From Eledone cirrhosa (Eukaryota), in contig OZ024745.1 in assembly GCA_964016885.1 (NCBI GenBank), positions 8,432,001 to 8,496,000 of the forward strand: DNA of 64,000 nt. Direction: 5' to 3'. Positions 24,905 through 37,575 of this stretch are shown one piece after another. How positions within the stretch are numbered: the first letter of the stretch is position 1; each line of letters begins with the position of its first letter. The notes below the pieces were generated by a model. It had not been told where the DNA came from, ran no database searches, and saw nothing but the letters and a program-made list of their open reading frames with translations. The translations under genes were made by a program, and so were the position numbers.

Positions 24905-25100
24905 TTAGAAAGTGAGGTTTTTTTTACAAAATGAAAAATAACCGTGGTATCCTACACGAGTGAAAGTATAAGGAAAAAAGATAAAATCGAAAATGCAACT
25001 GGAGTCTTTTTTTTTAAATATATATTTATTTGGTTCCTTTACCCGTTTCGCAGTTCTTCTGCTTTTCAAAAGTAGAATTGAGATGGAGGGTTTGTGGTTT
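24905..25100 (-). mobile_element. Unfolded copy of the 4115 module with U3-A8 hammerhead motif (25036-25072)
   Basis: High similarity to 4115-4340; minus strand TTGAAAA-GCAG-aagaa-CTGC-GAAA-CGGG-TA-AAGG. Confidence 0.8.
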
Positions 25101-25338
25101 TTCTCACATCTGGTTGGTCTTTGAATGTTACTTCTGTTTTATATAGAAAAAAAGTGGCTCGAAATGCCAGGTTTTTAGAGAAGTATTTTGGTTGGTTGGT
25201 GAATACTTATTCATGACTTTGAAACAGGCGAAAATTAATAGGTTTTTCGTCTGTGTAAATGAGGTGATTAATCTCATTTGCATATAAAGTTGGCTCAACT
25301 TATAATAGAATGTGCAGAACACATTCAAACTCTCTCTC

Positions 25339-25405
<67 letters not shown>

Positions 25406-25446
25406 ACACACACACATGAATGTGTGTGTATCTGTGTGTGTATGGA

Positions 25447-25514
<68 letters not shown>

Positions 25515-25521
25515 TGTGGGT

Positions 25522-25556
<35 letters not shown>

Positions 25557-26393
25557 TGCGTGTGTGTTTGTGCGTAGCTGTATGTGTATGTGTGTGTCCT
25601 AGTAATGTAAAATCTGACAATCCTGTAACGTCCCCAGGCAGCTGTCACAGTTGTTACTGTGTCACTAGTGTAAAACACAGTAGAAAGCAATGTACGGACA
25701 TTTTTCTTTCTCTTCTTTACTTTCTTATTTTTCCGACCTATATCAATATTATATGTGTTGATTTCTCTCCATAGTTTTAGAAGTAGAATTTTTGACAAGT
25801 ATATAACAAAGAATGTGATTTTCAAAGATGTTCTATTCTAAGAACAGACAAATTACAATTTCAAAAACAATTATGTTTTATGTTTCTCTATAAACTTCCA
25901 GTCATCTTAAAGATTTCAAGACAAACATGGAATTTCCATAGGTATTGCTAGTTATTATTAAATGTTCTAAGATCCATATGAAGTGTTTAACCATTATATA
26001 GTGGTTAAACCTCTGTAGAGTGTTTAAAACTATAGTTTGTTTAAAATGTTACTGAATGTTTAAACTACTCTAAAATATTACAAAGATTAAAAACATTTAC
26101 AATTCTTCCTATATCTTCCTTGATTACAGGAACGAATTAAGAAATGTTGGAGAAATAACATTTAAAAAAAAACATTCTCATGAAATGTTTAAAAAATCTT
26201 CCCCTTCCCTTCGGCAATAAATGTGTTTCTCTTTTAATCTAACTCTACTAGCTACCGTAAGTTGTAAACTTTATTGGTTTCTTTCAAGTTTTTAGAAAAT
26301 GACAGATTTTATATGAAGATGAGAATTATAATAAGGTGGAGTGACGAGGAGTGATATTAATACATTTCCAAAGGACATTATTGTGAACTTTGT

Positions 26394-26578
26394 AGATTGG
26401 CAGTATCGGTAGAGGGTCGGACACCATGCTTTGATGCATAGAGTTACAGCCCTTGCCATTCTGATTTCAAATCCAACCGAGGTTAACTTTGCCTTTCATC
26501 CTTACGGGGTCGATAAAATAAAGTACCAGTAATGTATTGGGTAATTGCTGTCCTTGTGCCAAAAGTAGAAACAATAAT
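26394..26578 (+). mobile_element. tRNA-derived SINE
   Basis: Same family as 12579-12756. Confidence 0.88.
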
Positions 26579-26899
26579 TGTGAACTGGGTCGAAACTGGG
26601 TCGCGACCTTCACTAGCTATCGAGTTACCACCATGTTGGGTGCAAGCTTTATTGCTATCACAGCATTTTATTTCTTTTCCTATTTATATATTTACTTATT
26701 TGTTTATTTGTTTTTAGAAACAAAGTGAATTTGTGCGATATTTCTGGGCATGTGCAGAAAATTAACCATAGCGATGTTTTTTTGTTTAATGTTTATATTT
26801 CTGTGTTTCCCTATCAACTTTATATATCTTATATCTTATTCTGTCTACAGTTGTTTCACTGTTACTATTTACATTGTTATTATCTTTAGAGTTCTGGAT

Positions 26900-26973
26900 T
26901 TGACAAATTATTATTACTATTAATGTTGTCCTCTACATGTCGGCTCTTGTGGCCAATAAATGAAATTATTATT
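26900..26973 (+). mobile_element. Isolated Tx1-type 3' terminus (upstream extent unclear)
   Basis: GGCTCTTGTGGCCAATAAATGAAATTATTATT matches the 3' ends at 35133-35160 and 41221-41250. Confidence 0.6.
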
Positions 26974-27880
26974 GTTCTTTGAGTCTCAGTCATTGATGTT
27001 AGTTAACTGGAAAGTTTGTTGAAATGAATGTCAAGCCACTACCTGCAGCCTCAGATATTCAGGACGTATCGGAGGGTTCTTGCTGTTCCCAGCAAGCATG
27101 CCTTTTGAAGTGTTCCAAAAAGCGGGGCGGGGCCAATTTTCTTTAACCATCCCTGGAAACTTTTTGAGATAGTCCCTAGTGCGCCTATGACAATCGGGAC
27201 CACTTTGACTTCATGGCAGTTCCAAATCCTTTTTACCTCCCACTTTAAGTCCTGGTATCGGTTAATTTTCTCCCTCTCCTTCTCTTGCATTCTCGTGTCG
27301 AATGGGCAGGCCACATCCACAATCAGGCACGATCTTTTTTTCTTGTCCAAAACCACCAGGTCAGGTCTATTGTGTTCCAGTTTCTTGTCCGTCTGTATCC
27401 TAAAATCCCACAGCACCTTCACCTCATCGTTTTCTATCACCGAATCTGGCTTATGCTCATACCACTTCTCAGAATGTGGTAAATTGTTTACTTTGCATAG
27501 GTGCCAGTGGATCACCCTGCCCATCACATCATGTCTCCAGCCTTTATAGTGAGTCTGGGTTAGGTGTTTACACTCGGATACAATGTGAGCCACAGTCTCC
27601 TCTCTCTCTCTCCACAGATCCTGCACAGTGGGCTAGCCTCCTCCTTGTAAATATGGTGTTTCAGCCACTTCGTTTTGAGGGCCTGCTCTTGCGCAGTCAT
27701 TAGCATTCCTGCTGTAGCCTTTTTAAGGTCTCCTCTTTTCAACCAGTTCCATGTCTGTGGATGTCTGAATTCGGTTTTCTCAAAGAAGGTACTATGAAGG
27801 GATTTTTCATGAAGGCTGCTCTTTCTTGTCGTTGTTATTTCCTCCTTGGACATCCCCTGGTCTATTGTCCTCTCCTTCAA
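26974..27880 (-). mobile_element. Second R4/Dong-type RLE LINE (different family), 5'-truncated
   Basis: CRIC..ETVAHIVSEC, RHD, LWDF, RPDLVV..IVDVACP, EKINRY, PIVIGALG; (TTA)n on both sides. Confidence 0.86.
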
Positions 27881-27906
27881 TTATTATTATTATTATTTTT
27901 ATTATT

Positions 27907-30900
27907 GATCTAAGCGGACGTATTTTGCTCGCTCACAGTAAGTCGCTTTATTTGCCTGTTAAAATTATTTGTTATTAAATATTTCTTGTTGTGTAAGGGA
28001 TATAAGCCCTTAGACTTTGCCCCGTGAAGGGGAAAGTATAATATTTGGGCCTTTTGGCCCAAATATTTGAACTTTTTTTACATGTTAAAAAATTTACGAA
28101 GAAAAAAAAACATGGCTGAGCCACGCCCCCCAGCGATATGTCTGCTGTCGTGCGACAACGACGTGGAAGTTGAGAGGAGCGCTACAGCGAAATTAACACA
28201 AATTGATAACACAAACACCACCACAAACAATGTAAACAAAGACACCAATGATACCAATAAGAACTCTAATTTTGAAAAAAATGACAGTAACAGCGACAAC
28301 GAAAATACAGATAACAAAAAAAAAATAATAAATACAACAACAATATCAACACCACTAACATGAAAACAAATAGCGACAACACCAACAGCAACAATACCAA
28401 CTGCACCGAGAACAACGGTGGCAACAAAGACAACAATGATAACAGCGACAGTGCTAACAACAACACCAACAAGAACAACGTCAACGACCACAACACCCCC
28501 AACGAAAACAAGAAGAACACTTTCGCTGCGGCAGCAGCAAAAAAGAGGCCATGCTTCAACATGGACCTCTCAAACAAAGATGAAAAGTTAGCCCAGGCAT
28601 GGAAGCTCATCAAGCAAGAGCAAACCTGGGCCAACTTAACTGTCCCGGTAGAAGCTATTGAGGCAGTGGAGCGCAGAACGGTGCATTATAGATGCATCTC
28701 AGCACAAACCAAAAGGGCAGCTTTAATCCCACAAGAAGATGTCGAAGTCGCGCTGAGGTGCATCAGAGAAGACACCGAATACATAGAGAGGGGCAGACAG
28801 TACGGCACAATTTCGGTGTTGTTCAAGTCAGAAGCCCTCGCTATGAAACACGCTATGACTCCTTGCAAAACCAGCAAGGTCATAATGTACCCCTCCCACA
28901 TGGGAGAAAGAACGGCCCGTCTCCACTTTCCTAGAATCCCACCAGGACTTGACATGTAGTGGCTTCTGGGATGTGTGATTGTGGAGGGGACGGATACCGT
29001 CCCTATAGAAGTGACCAGAACGGCCATAGAGGACTGGTCCGGGGTTGACCTGGAGATCCTTCTCCAAATCAGACCCGAGAATGTGAAGACAATCCCGGAC
29101 CACATCCGCCTTCAGAATGGGACGGTCATTCACATTATGACCGAAGGCAAGAGGCCGCAGTGTTTTTTTTTGTGGGGAAAAAACCCATTTGCGAGCCTTC
29201 TGCGCTCAACTGCTGAAAGAGGCAAGTAGTCGAAAGGCTCCACTGCTGCCGACGCCGGGGCGAGGACCACAACCAACACCAGCACCGGCAAAACCACCAA
29301 CAACAACACCAATAGAAAGACCACCACCAAAATTGACCACCCAGGGGAGAAACGAGGAAAGCTGTTAAATTACCCCTCCCCCCCAAAATACACACACCAA
29401 TAAAACCATAAACATACATACAGACACACTTACAGACACAGACCCCTCATCTACCAGTAGTGAAGATGAGGGAAAACCAAAATCCCCCAAAATACAAAAA
29501 AGGAAACACAAAAAGAAAAAAAAACTCAATAAAGCACAAAAGCACCCACAATAAAAAACGCAGACACCACCCACGCAAACATCTCTCCAATAACACCAAC
29601 ATCAACACCACCATCACCATCACCAGAATCCCCCAAACGCAAACAACCGAAACAGACGCAAGAACAAATATACACACAAACATCTGAAACCACAGACACC
29701 GCACTCACAACAAACACAGATACAACCGAAACAACACCACCAAAACCATTACCACCACAACCACGCAAACAAATAAAATCACACCAACAAAACATACAAA
29801 ACTTCGTGCTCGTCAGGAGGGCCAACAAGGAACTGATGGCCCTCGTAGCACGAAGTGAAAATATACAAAAGGAGGGGGAAATTTTTAAATCGAGCACATT
29901 TCGCGTGCCGGAAGATTTGGTTCTGGTGCGAATGGCGCTCGATATATTCAAAGAAATACGAGACAGCTTTCCTCGGGACGTGGGAACCCCGAACGTAAAA
30001 CCCACTTCAAGACTTTTAAAGGGGTTCCCAAAAGAAACCCCACCAACTATGGAGGTCGAACAACCCGACCTTCACAAGAGCCCGGAAGGTAAGTAAACCT
30101 TCCTCTCTCTCTTTTTAACCTGCCAACATGGCCGTATTAAGAGTAGGATGTTTAAATGTTCGAGGCCTGGGATCGTCCTGGAAGCAGGGTCACCTGCTCA
30201 ATGACCTCAGATCTATAGAAATGGATGTAATTGCCGTCAGCGAGACCAGGATTTCCGACACGCGCGCACTAGCCCCCATTTTCGACGACTATCAGATCTT
30301 TGCATCTGTTAGCCGGCCGGGAATATGAGTGGGGTGGCAGTGCTGTTTAGAAAGGCCTGGATCTCGAGGTAAGGTCGATCTTCCGGGACCCGGACGGGAA
30401 GTTGGTGGTCCTGGACGTGAACAATAACGAAGGTGGTGCCTTTAGACTGGTGGCCGTCTATGCTCCTACTGGGGCAGGACGGCCGGACTTCTTTAGACGC
30501 CTGGAAGTCTTTCTGGGTACGTCTCGCCCTTTAATGTTAGCGGGGGACTGGAACGGCATCTTAGACGCTGGGACTGTGTGGAAATATCCGATAGGAGCGA
30601 AGGGTGCAAAAGCCTCAAGAACCTGATCAGCCAGTTCCAACTGTCTGACAGGTACCGACTAGATTTCCCTAATGCGCCAGTGTGGACCTGGGCTAACCGC
30701 ATAGGGTCATCTAGATCGTATATAGACAGGATATTCATTAGGAAAATAGACAGAAATAGTGTAAGCTGTCCACGTTTTGAAACGGTCGCCTATTCAGATC
30801 ACAAGTTTGTGATCTGTATGGTCGACCTAGATAAGACGCGTAGGTTAGGACCTGGTTACTGGAAGCTAAACATGTCATTTCCGGTACGTAAGGCTTACAG

Positions 30901-33407
30901 GGACCAGGTCAACAATTTAGTTAAGAAAAAGTTGACAGGGGGAGTCGGCAACAATGGATGGTGGGGGGCTCTCTAATGTCGATAGAGTTTAGCAAAGAAA
31001 TAGCGTTAGAGAAAAATAGAAAGGAGGGGGAGTTGGTAGATAAGTTAGACGAGGCTATTGGTAGTGGCATTGTAACTGACGTGCTAGCGGCGAGAATGGC
31101 ATGAGACCATTTCTTCAATGCGAAACACGAAGGTTGCATTGTCAGAGCTAAGGCGCGTGCTCTGAGAAACGAGGGAACCAAAGCTGTTCGATGGGCCCGC
31201 GTGGCAGAGGCGCAGCGTGGTAATAAAACCACGATTCGGTCTTTGACGGATCGAGACGGGCACGAGCTGAGAGATTCCGAGAGGATGTGTGAGGCCTTTC
31301 GCCAACATTTTGCTCGGTTGTTCGGGGGAAGTGGCGGGTCAGAGATGGTGGCGGACTTCAGTCCCTACCTCGATGGCTTGTCGCAACTCTCGACGGCTGA
31401 CGCTGGGCGCTGCGAAAGGCCAATTACTTCAGCCGAGATTCAGGATGCCCTTGTCGGCTGCATGAGGCGCAAGTCACCCGGTTTGGATGGTCTGCCCTAC
31501 GAGCTTTACGTAAATATGCCAGACTTGTTCTCCAATCTCCTCGAAGCCCTCTACTGCGACTGGCAGCAAAACGGGAGTATTCACAGTTCTGTAAGCCGGG
31601 GTGTAGTGACGCTGATAAGGAAAGACGAGAGCAAGAGAGACACATTAGACAATTTCAGGCCCATAACTCTGCTCAACACAGAGTTTAAGATTTTGGCCAG
31701 GGTGTTAGCGAAGAAGTAGTGCGCTTGTCGTCGGGGATTTGGTTGGGGAGGCGCAAACTTGCGCAATCCCAACCAGGTCCATACACGACAACCTCCACCT
31801 AATGCGATACATCATAGAGAGGGTAGTGTGTAAACCTGGCTTCGGTGGGGCTCCAATTTAGATCAATCGAAAGCATTCGATAGGGTCGACCATCGGTACC
31901 TGGAGGCTGTCCTCAAGGCGGCTGGCTTCGGCCCCGTCTTCAGAAGCTGGATCGCTGCAATGCACAGCCGCACCTGCTCGATGGTCAAAATTAATGGCCA
32001 CCTCTCGGAACCGTTTCAGGTCTCCCTTCTGTACGTATTGACTCTCGAGCCTTTACTGCGGAAGCTGGAGCTGTTGCAGGGCATCCCGCTCGAACCGGGA
32101 CGCGGAAAGGCTGTGTCGGCTTATGCGGACGACATCACTGTGATGGTGTCGGACACCTCAGAAATCGAGGTGGTCGGCAACTTATTGGAGGAATATGAAA
32201 GGTTGACGGGAGCAAAACTTAACCCGGAAAAGTCGGTGGGCTTGCAACTCGGCACCTGGGGAGGCAAGTCCATGCCGTCCAACAGCGTTGTTAGGCGCTG
32301 GACCGGTAAAGTTGCTAGGGGTTTGGTTCGGGCCAGACCTCCAGGTGGATAAGAATTGGGACGAGGTGACGGGCAGGGTAGCCAGTCTCACCCAGAAATG
32401 GGCTGGGATGAAGCTATCACTGAATGGTCGGGCGGAGGTGGCGAACGCGTACATCGCGTCCGTCATCTACTACCGTCTGACTGTCGTCCCTTACCCCCGT
32501 TCGCGCCTCGCCATCTTGGAGCGGCTCCTCTTCAAATTCTTGTGGAGGGGTCAGGTTCCGCTGGTGAGGCGGTCCATCTGCTGCCATCACCCTCTACGTG
32601 GAGGGCTGGGCATGCCGTGGCTAATGATGCGCAGGCACGCCCTGAGGCTGCGGCATCTTCAGATATTCTGCCTAAACGGTGAACAGGTGTGGTCGCCGTT
32701 TGTCAGACGGGCCTTTCCGCAGCTCGTGTCTTTGACTGAGCTGCAGTCCTGGGTCAAGAAGAGACCGAGACTGGGTGACTGGCATCTGGAATGTTGCCAG
32801 GCACTCACTGCCCTCTACCAGGCGAGCAATGCGGTCAGTGGAACTTCCACTCTCGAGTTCTATAGAGGATTAGTGGTGGGCAAGTGCGACGACGCACTCA
32901 GAGAGGATCTGGGAGTCAACGAAGTCGAACTAACCAGTCTGTACCGGAGGACTTTCGAGCCGGGACGATGGATAATTTCCAAAAATCCCTCGCTTGGCAG
33001 TGCTATCGGCGGGCACTGCCGGTTCGAGATAAACTCTACAGGCACGGAAGTGCTGTCAGACGGACCTGCCCGAGATGCGCGCAGAACGACGAAACCGTTC
33101 TGTACGCACTCGTCCAGTGTCCGTGCATTACTGACTTGTGGAGTTATGTTGGATAACTGTTGTCGCGTGTAGAACGGATCCTGCTATCGGCCGAGTCCAT
33201 AGTGAAGATCGACCCGCCGCCTTCTTTTGGCCAGGAAGGGCAGGCAATTTTCCTCTGTCTGGTGGCAGTAGCGAAAGAGGTTGTATGGTGGACGAGGTTG
33301 AAAGGACTGAAGACAGACATTTTTCTCTTCGGCCAATCCCTCATCAACTTTTTCAAGTTTCACTTGGAAAGGAAGGTGAGGGTGGAGAGAGAAGTGCTTC
33401 CCCCCCC
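27907..33407 (+). mobile_element. Tx1-like LINE copy C (distinct family), degenerate, 3' end replaced
   Basis: Starts after (TTA)n; ORF1 remnants 28112-30096; ORF2 remnants from 30128 (CLNVRGL, GDWN, SDH, FRPITLLN, YADD, CPRC). Confidence 0.9.
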
Positions 33408-35154
33408 CCATTACTGCACAAACTGGGGGCGATGAGGGGTGTCCCACGCGAACTAGGATGAGGGAAATCCGAGTCGGCTTACGCTGACGACGTCACCGTG
33501 GTGGTGTCGAGCACCAGACACGTCCAGATGCTCGGTACCGCTCTCAAGGAATACAAAGCGGTGACAGGAGCAAAGATAAACCAGGAAAAGTCGGTGGGCT
33601 TGCAGCTCGGCACCTGGAGAGGCAAGTCCATGCCGTCCGACAACGTCGTGGGGCGTTGGACGGACGGACCGGTTAAATTGCTCGGGGTCTGGTTCGGACC
33701 GGACCTCCAGATGGAGAAAAACTGGAACGAGGTGACGAGCAGGATGGCCTCCTTCACCCAGAAATGGGCCGAGAGGAAGCTGTCCCTGAAAGGCCGGGCG
33801 GAGGTGGCGAATGCGTACATCGCATCCGTCATCTGCTACCGCCTCACCGTCGTCCCTTGCTCCAGCTCAACTCTCACCAAAATGGAGCGCCTCCTCTTCC
33901 GCTTTTTGTGGAAGGCACGCGCCCCATGGTCAGACGATCCATCTGCTGTCAACACCCGTTGCGTGGAGGACTGGGCATGCCATGGCTGATGATGCGCAAA
34001 CATGCGCTGAGGCTGCGACACCTCTGGTGCTTCCTTGATGGTGAACAGGTGTGGTCGCCGTTCGCCAGGCACGTTTTCCCACAGCTCGTCTCCTTGACGG
34101 AGCTGAAGTCCTGGGTCAGAAAATGACCGAGGGATAACGCTTGGAAACTAGAATGTAACCAGGCGCTCACTGCCCTCTGCCAGCTGGACACCAGTATCGG
34201 TGGAACATCCACCTCGGCGTTCTATAGAGGACTAGGGAAAAGGAAGAGCGACGACATTCTCGGAGAGAACCTGGGCGTCGAAGAAGATCAGCTGTTTGCT
34301 CTCTTCCGGAGAACTTTCAGCCCAGGGCCTATGGATAACTTCCAAAACTCCCTGACCTGGCAGTGCTACCGGGGAGCGTTGCCGGTTCGAGATAAGCTCT
34401 ACAGGCACGGAAGTGCTGTCAGCCGAGCCTGTCCCAGATGCACGCAAAGCGACGAAACCGTCGTGCACGCACTCGTTCAGTGCCCGAGCATTGCTGACTT
34501 GTGGAGCTATGTCGAACAGTTGCTGTCGCGTGTGGGACTGATCCGGTTGTCGACTGAGTCCATTGTGCAGGTAGTCTCGCCGTCTTCCTTCGAGGAGGAA
34601 GGGCAGGCGGTTTTCATCTGCCTGGTGGCCATGGCGAAAGCGATTGTGTGGTGGATAAGGTTAAAAGGGTTAAAGACAGACACTTTCCTCTTCGGCGAAT
34701 CCCTAATTAACTTTTTCAAGTTTCACTTGAAGAAGAAAATCAGGGTGGAGAGGCAAGTGCTGCCTTCTAGCAAGTTTGTTGAAAGGTGGGTGAATGTAGC
34801 GAGAATGGTCCGAGTGAACGGGACCGCTCTGAATATACGTCTGTAGTTTGAGAAATGGAAAAATTGAGAGAGGTCGCTTGCCCTGGTAGTCAGGGTGGCC
34901 GTGGTCTTTTGTGTGGTTTTCGCCACGAGTAACCCTCGGAGGTTTCCCCCCCCCCCCCATTGGGGAACTTTTCATTGTTTCAATTTTCATTTTTATTGTT
35001 TATATATATATATATGTTTCTATGTCCTTTTTTTCTTTTCTTATATAAATAATAAAAATATTTACACGCACAAAACCCACATCGTACCGTCCTGTACCGT
35101 CCTGTGCCGTCTGTAATATTTTTCTTGATGTCAGCCCTTGTGGCCAATAAAGAA

Positions 35155-35155
<1 letters not shown>
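33408..35155 (+). mobile_element. 5'-truncated Tx1-like LINE (copy C2) joined to copy C
   Basis: Restarts at PLLHKL..YADD, stop at 34846, 3' UTR, AATAAA, (TTA)n 35156-35193. Confidence 0.88.
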
Positions 35156-35193
<38 letters not shown>

Positions 35194-35410
35194 GAATGCT
35201 ATGGTTGACGGAGGCTCGGCTCTGTAAGGTATTGTAAATTTTGAACGCTATAACAATTGTAAATTGTTTAAAACTTTTACCAACTTGTAGACAAAAACAC
35301 CCTCTTCCTCGTGAGAGGGGTCTTTCTGCCCGTTATTTGGCCCTTCGGGGTTAAATAACTGCTTATTGGGGTGTTGTGCCCAATATTTATTTTAAACAAA
35401 AAAAAAAAAC

Positions 35411-37540
35411 ATGGCTACGAAAAAGAATTTTCATAGGTCACTCCCACTCATTCCGTCTTCTTCTTCCTCAATCGTCACTACAGCAGAGAGAAGATTGTCT
35501 CTCTCCCTCCCTTCTTTAAATGTGTCTCTCCCCCTCCCTTCTCTTTGGCAAGCGACGACAGAAAAGAAAAGTCTCGTGCAAAGCGTGCAAGATTTCTCCA
35601 CGACGACAACGACGACGAAATAGGTGTGCGGGAAATACGAAAACCCATTTCATTCGTCTGACGTCAGGAATAATAGCAGTAGCAGCCGTAATAACAACAG
35701 CAACAGTGACAATGAAAACAACAGTAGCAGCCGCAACAGCATCAGCAGCAGCATAAACAACAACAGCATTAGCAACAGCAACAACAACAACAACCACAGC
35801 AACAGCGGCGGCAGCAGTAGTCGTAGTACCTGCAGCAACAACAAAAGTAACAGCAGCTCTGACGACAACAACAACAACAACAACAGCAAAGAAAAACCAA
35901 TCTCGTTTGCAGGTATCGCGAAGAACCTGGAAACAATCCTCATAACAAATGAGGAATTAGAGGAAGCGAAGAAGATGGTGACAAAAACTGGACACCGAGC
36001 AATCTGCAAGGCAGCGGAAATATTTTTCGAAACCCAACAGCACTGTACGGTCACGTACCGTACAGTAAGTACAAAATCCCGTAGGGTGGAAAGAGCCACA
36101 GAGGCTCAAATACAAAAAGCCTTGGGGTCTGTGTGGCAGCAGAAAACACACATCACCCGAGGCAAGAAATATGCCACCGTAGACGTACTTTTTGCCACAC
36201 CCCAGGAGGCAAAGGCTCAGTCCGTAGTGATCCTAAGGAGCGAGGAAATGGTGTTGGTGCCCTCCTACTGCGGGCAAAAAATTGTGAGGGTCAAACTGAC
36301 CCACGTCCCCCCCCCTCCCGGGATGGCCCATTCTTGGCTGGCCGCGTCTGTCCTCGTCGGAATCGACGACAAAACAACTGTACTGCAAGTACAGAAAAAA
36401 GTAAGAGAAGATTGGGTCGGCACCTCCATTGAGATGTTAATCCAAACCAACCAGGAGTGCATCGAAGCTATCCCGGATGTGATAGACTTCGATAACTGCA
36501 CTCAACTGCCCATAAGTGTTGAGAGCAAACGCCCGAAATGCTTTCGCTGTGGATCGAAGACTCACCTCAGGGCCTTCTGCAACGAGAAGACCCTGAGAAA
36601 GGAGAAAACCCCCCTCCTTCCGAAACCGGCTCCACGGCTACCAGCAACAGGACAAGCGGCAACCAGGAACGATAGGTTCGTGGCACCCATACCCACGCCA
36701 CGGAAATCAAAAACAGCAGCAGCAGTGGAAGTATTAACAACAAAAACAACAGCAATACCAAATGCAGCTGCAACAGAGACTCCAGTGCAAACATCACCAA
36801 CAACAACAAGTGAAAGAGTGGAGCTGGTACCCCTCCCCGACCTCACAGAATCAGACATGGAGTGTGAGGTGGGAGAGGGATGGAAAAAGGTCGTAAGAAG
36901 GCACAAACGCAGAAGCAGCGCATTGTCGCCTTTGAAAAGGGAGGAAAGAAATGAAAAAAGGGTAAAGTCTACTGCAAAGAGACTCACAGCAGCAACACCA
37001 CCAACACCATCACCACCCACACTAGCACCACCATCACCACCGCCAACAACCCCACCGCCAACAACAACAACACCTTCAACAACAACACCTTCAACACCAC
37101 CACCACAAGCACCAACATCGCAAACACAACAACAAAACACACACACCCAGCAAAAACGACAAGAAAATAGCAGAACCACACCCCACCCCCAGAAAAACAA
37201 ATGCACAGCAATAAATACACACAAGAAACTAATGACTTACATAATTGAACACACAGACATTTCACAACACGACTACATAATACCAGCACCAATCAAAACG
37301 CCAACTAACATAAGACTGCTAAAAATAGCACAGAAACAATACACAAACATTAAAACGAAATTCCCCAACGCAGTTGGTGATTTCAGAGACCTAGGAGGAA
37401 CTATCAACCGAAGAGTATATTCGGACATACTCATAGAAGAGCCGATGACCAGCCGAAGGGGCGATTCAACGGTCCCTTCACCAGACGATCAAGTGAAAAG
37501 GGATGTAAAAACCATCCCTCCTCTACGAAAAGTACGGTAA
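35411..37540 (+). pseudogene. Copy D ORF1 (~709 codons), one in-frame TAG at 35621-35623
   Basis: ORFs 35411-35623 and 35624-37540 share a frame; CFRCGSKTHLRAFC knuckle; N/S-rich and P/T-rich linkers. Confidence 0.85.
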
Positions 37541-37575
37541 GTGGTCTTTCCCATCTTTTCCACTCTATTTTAAAC

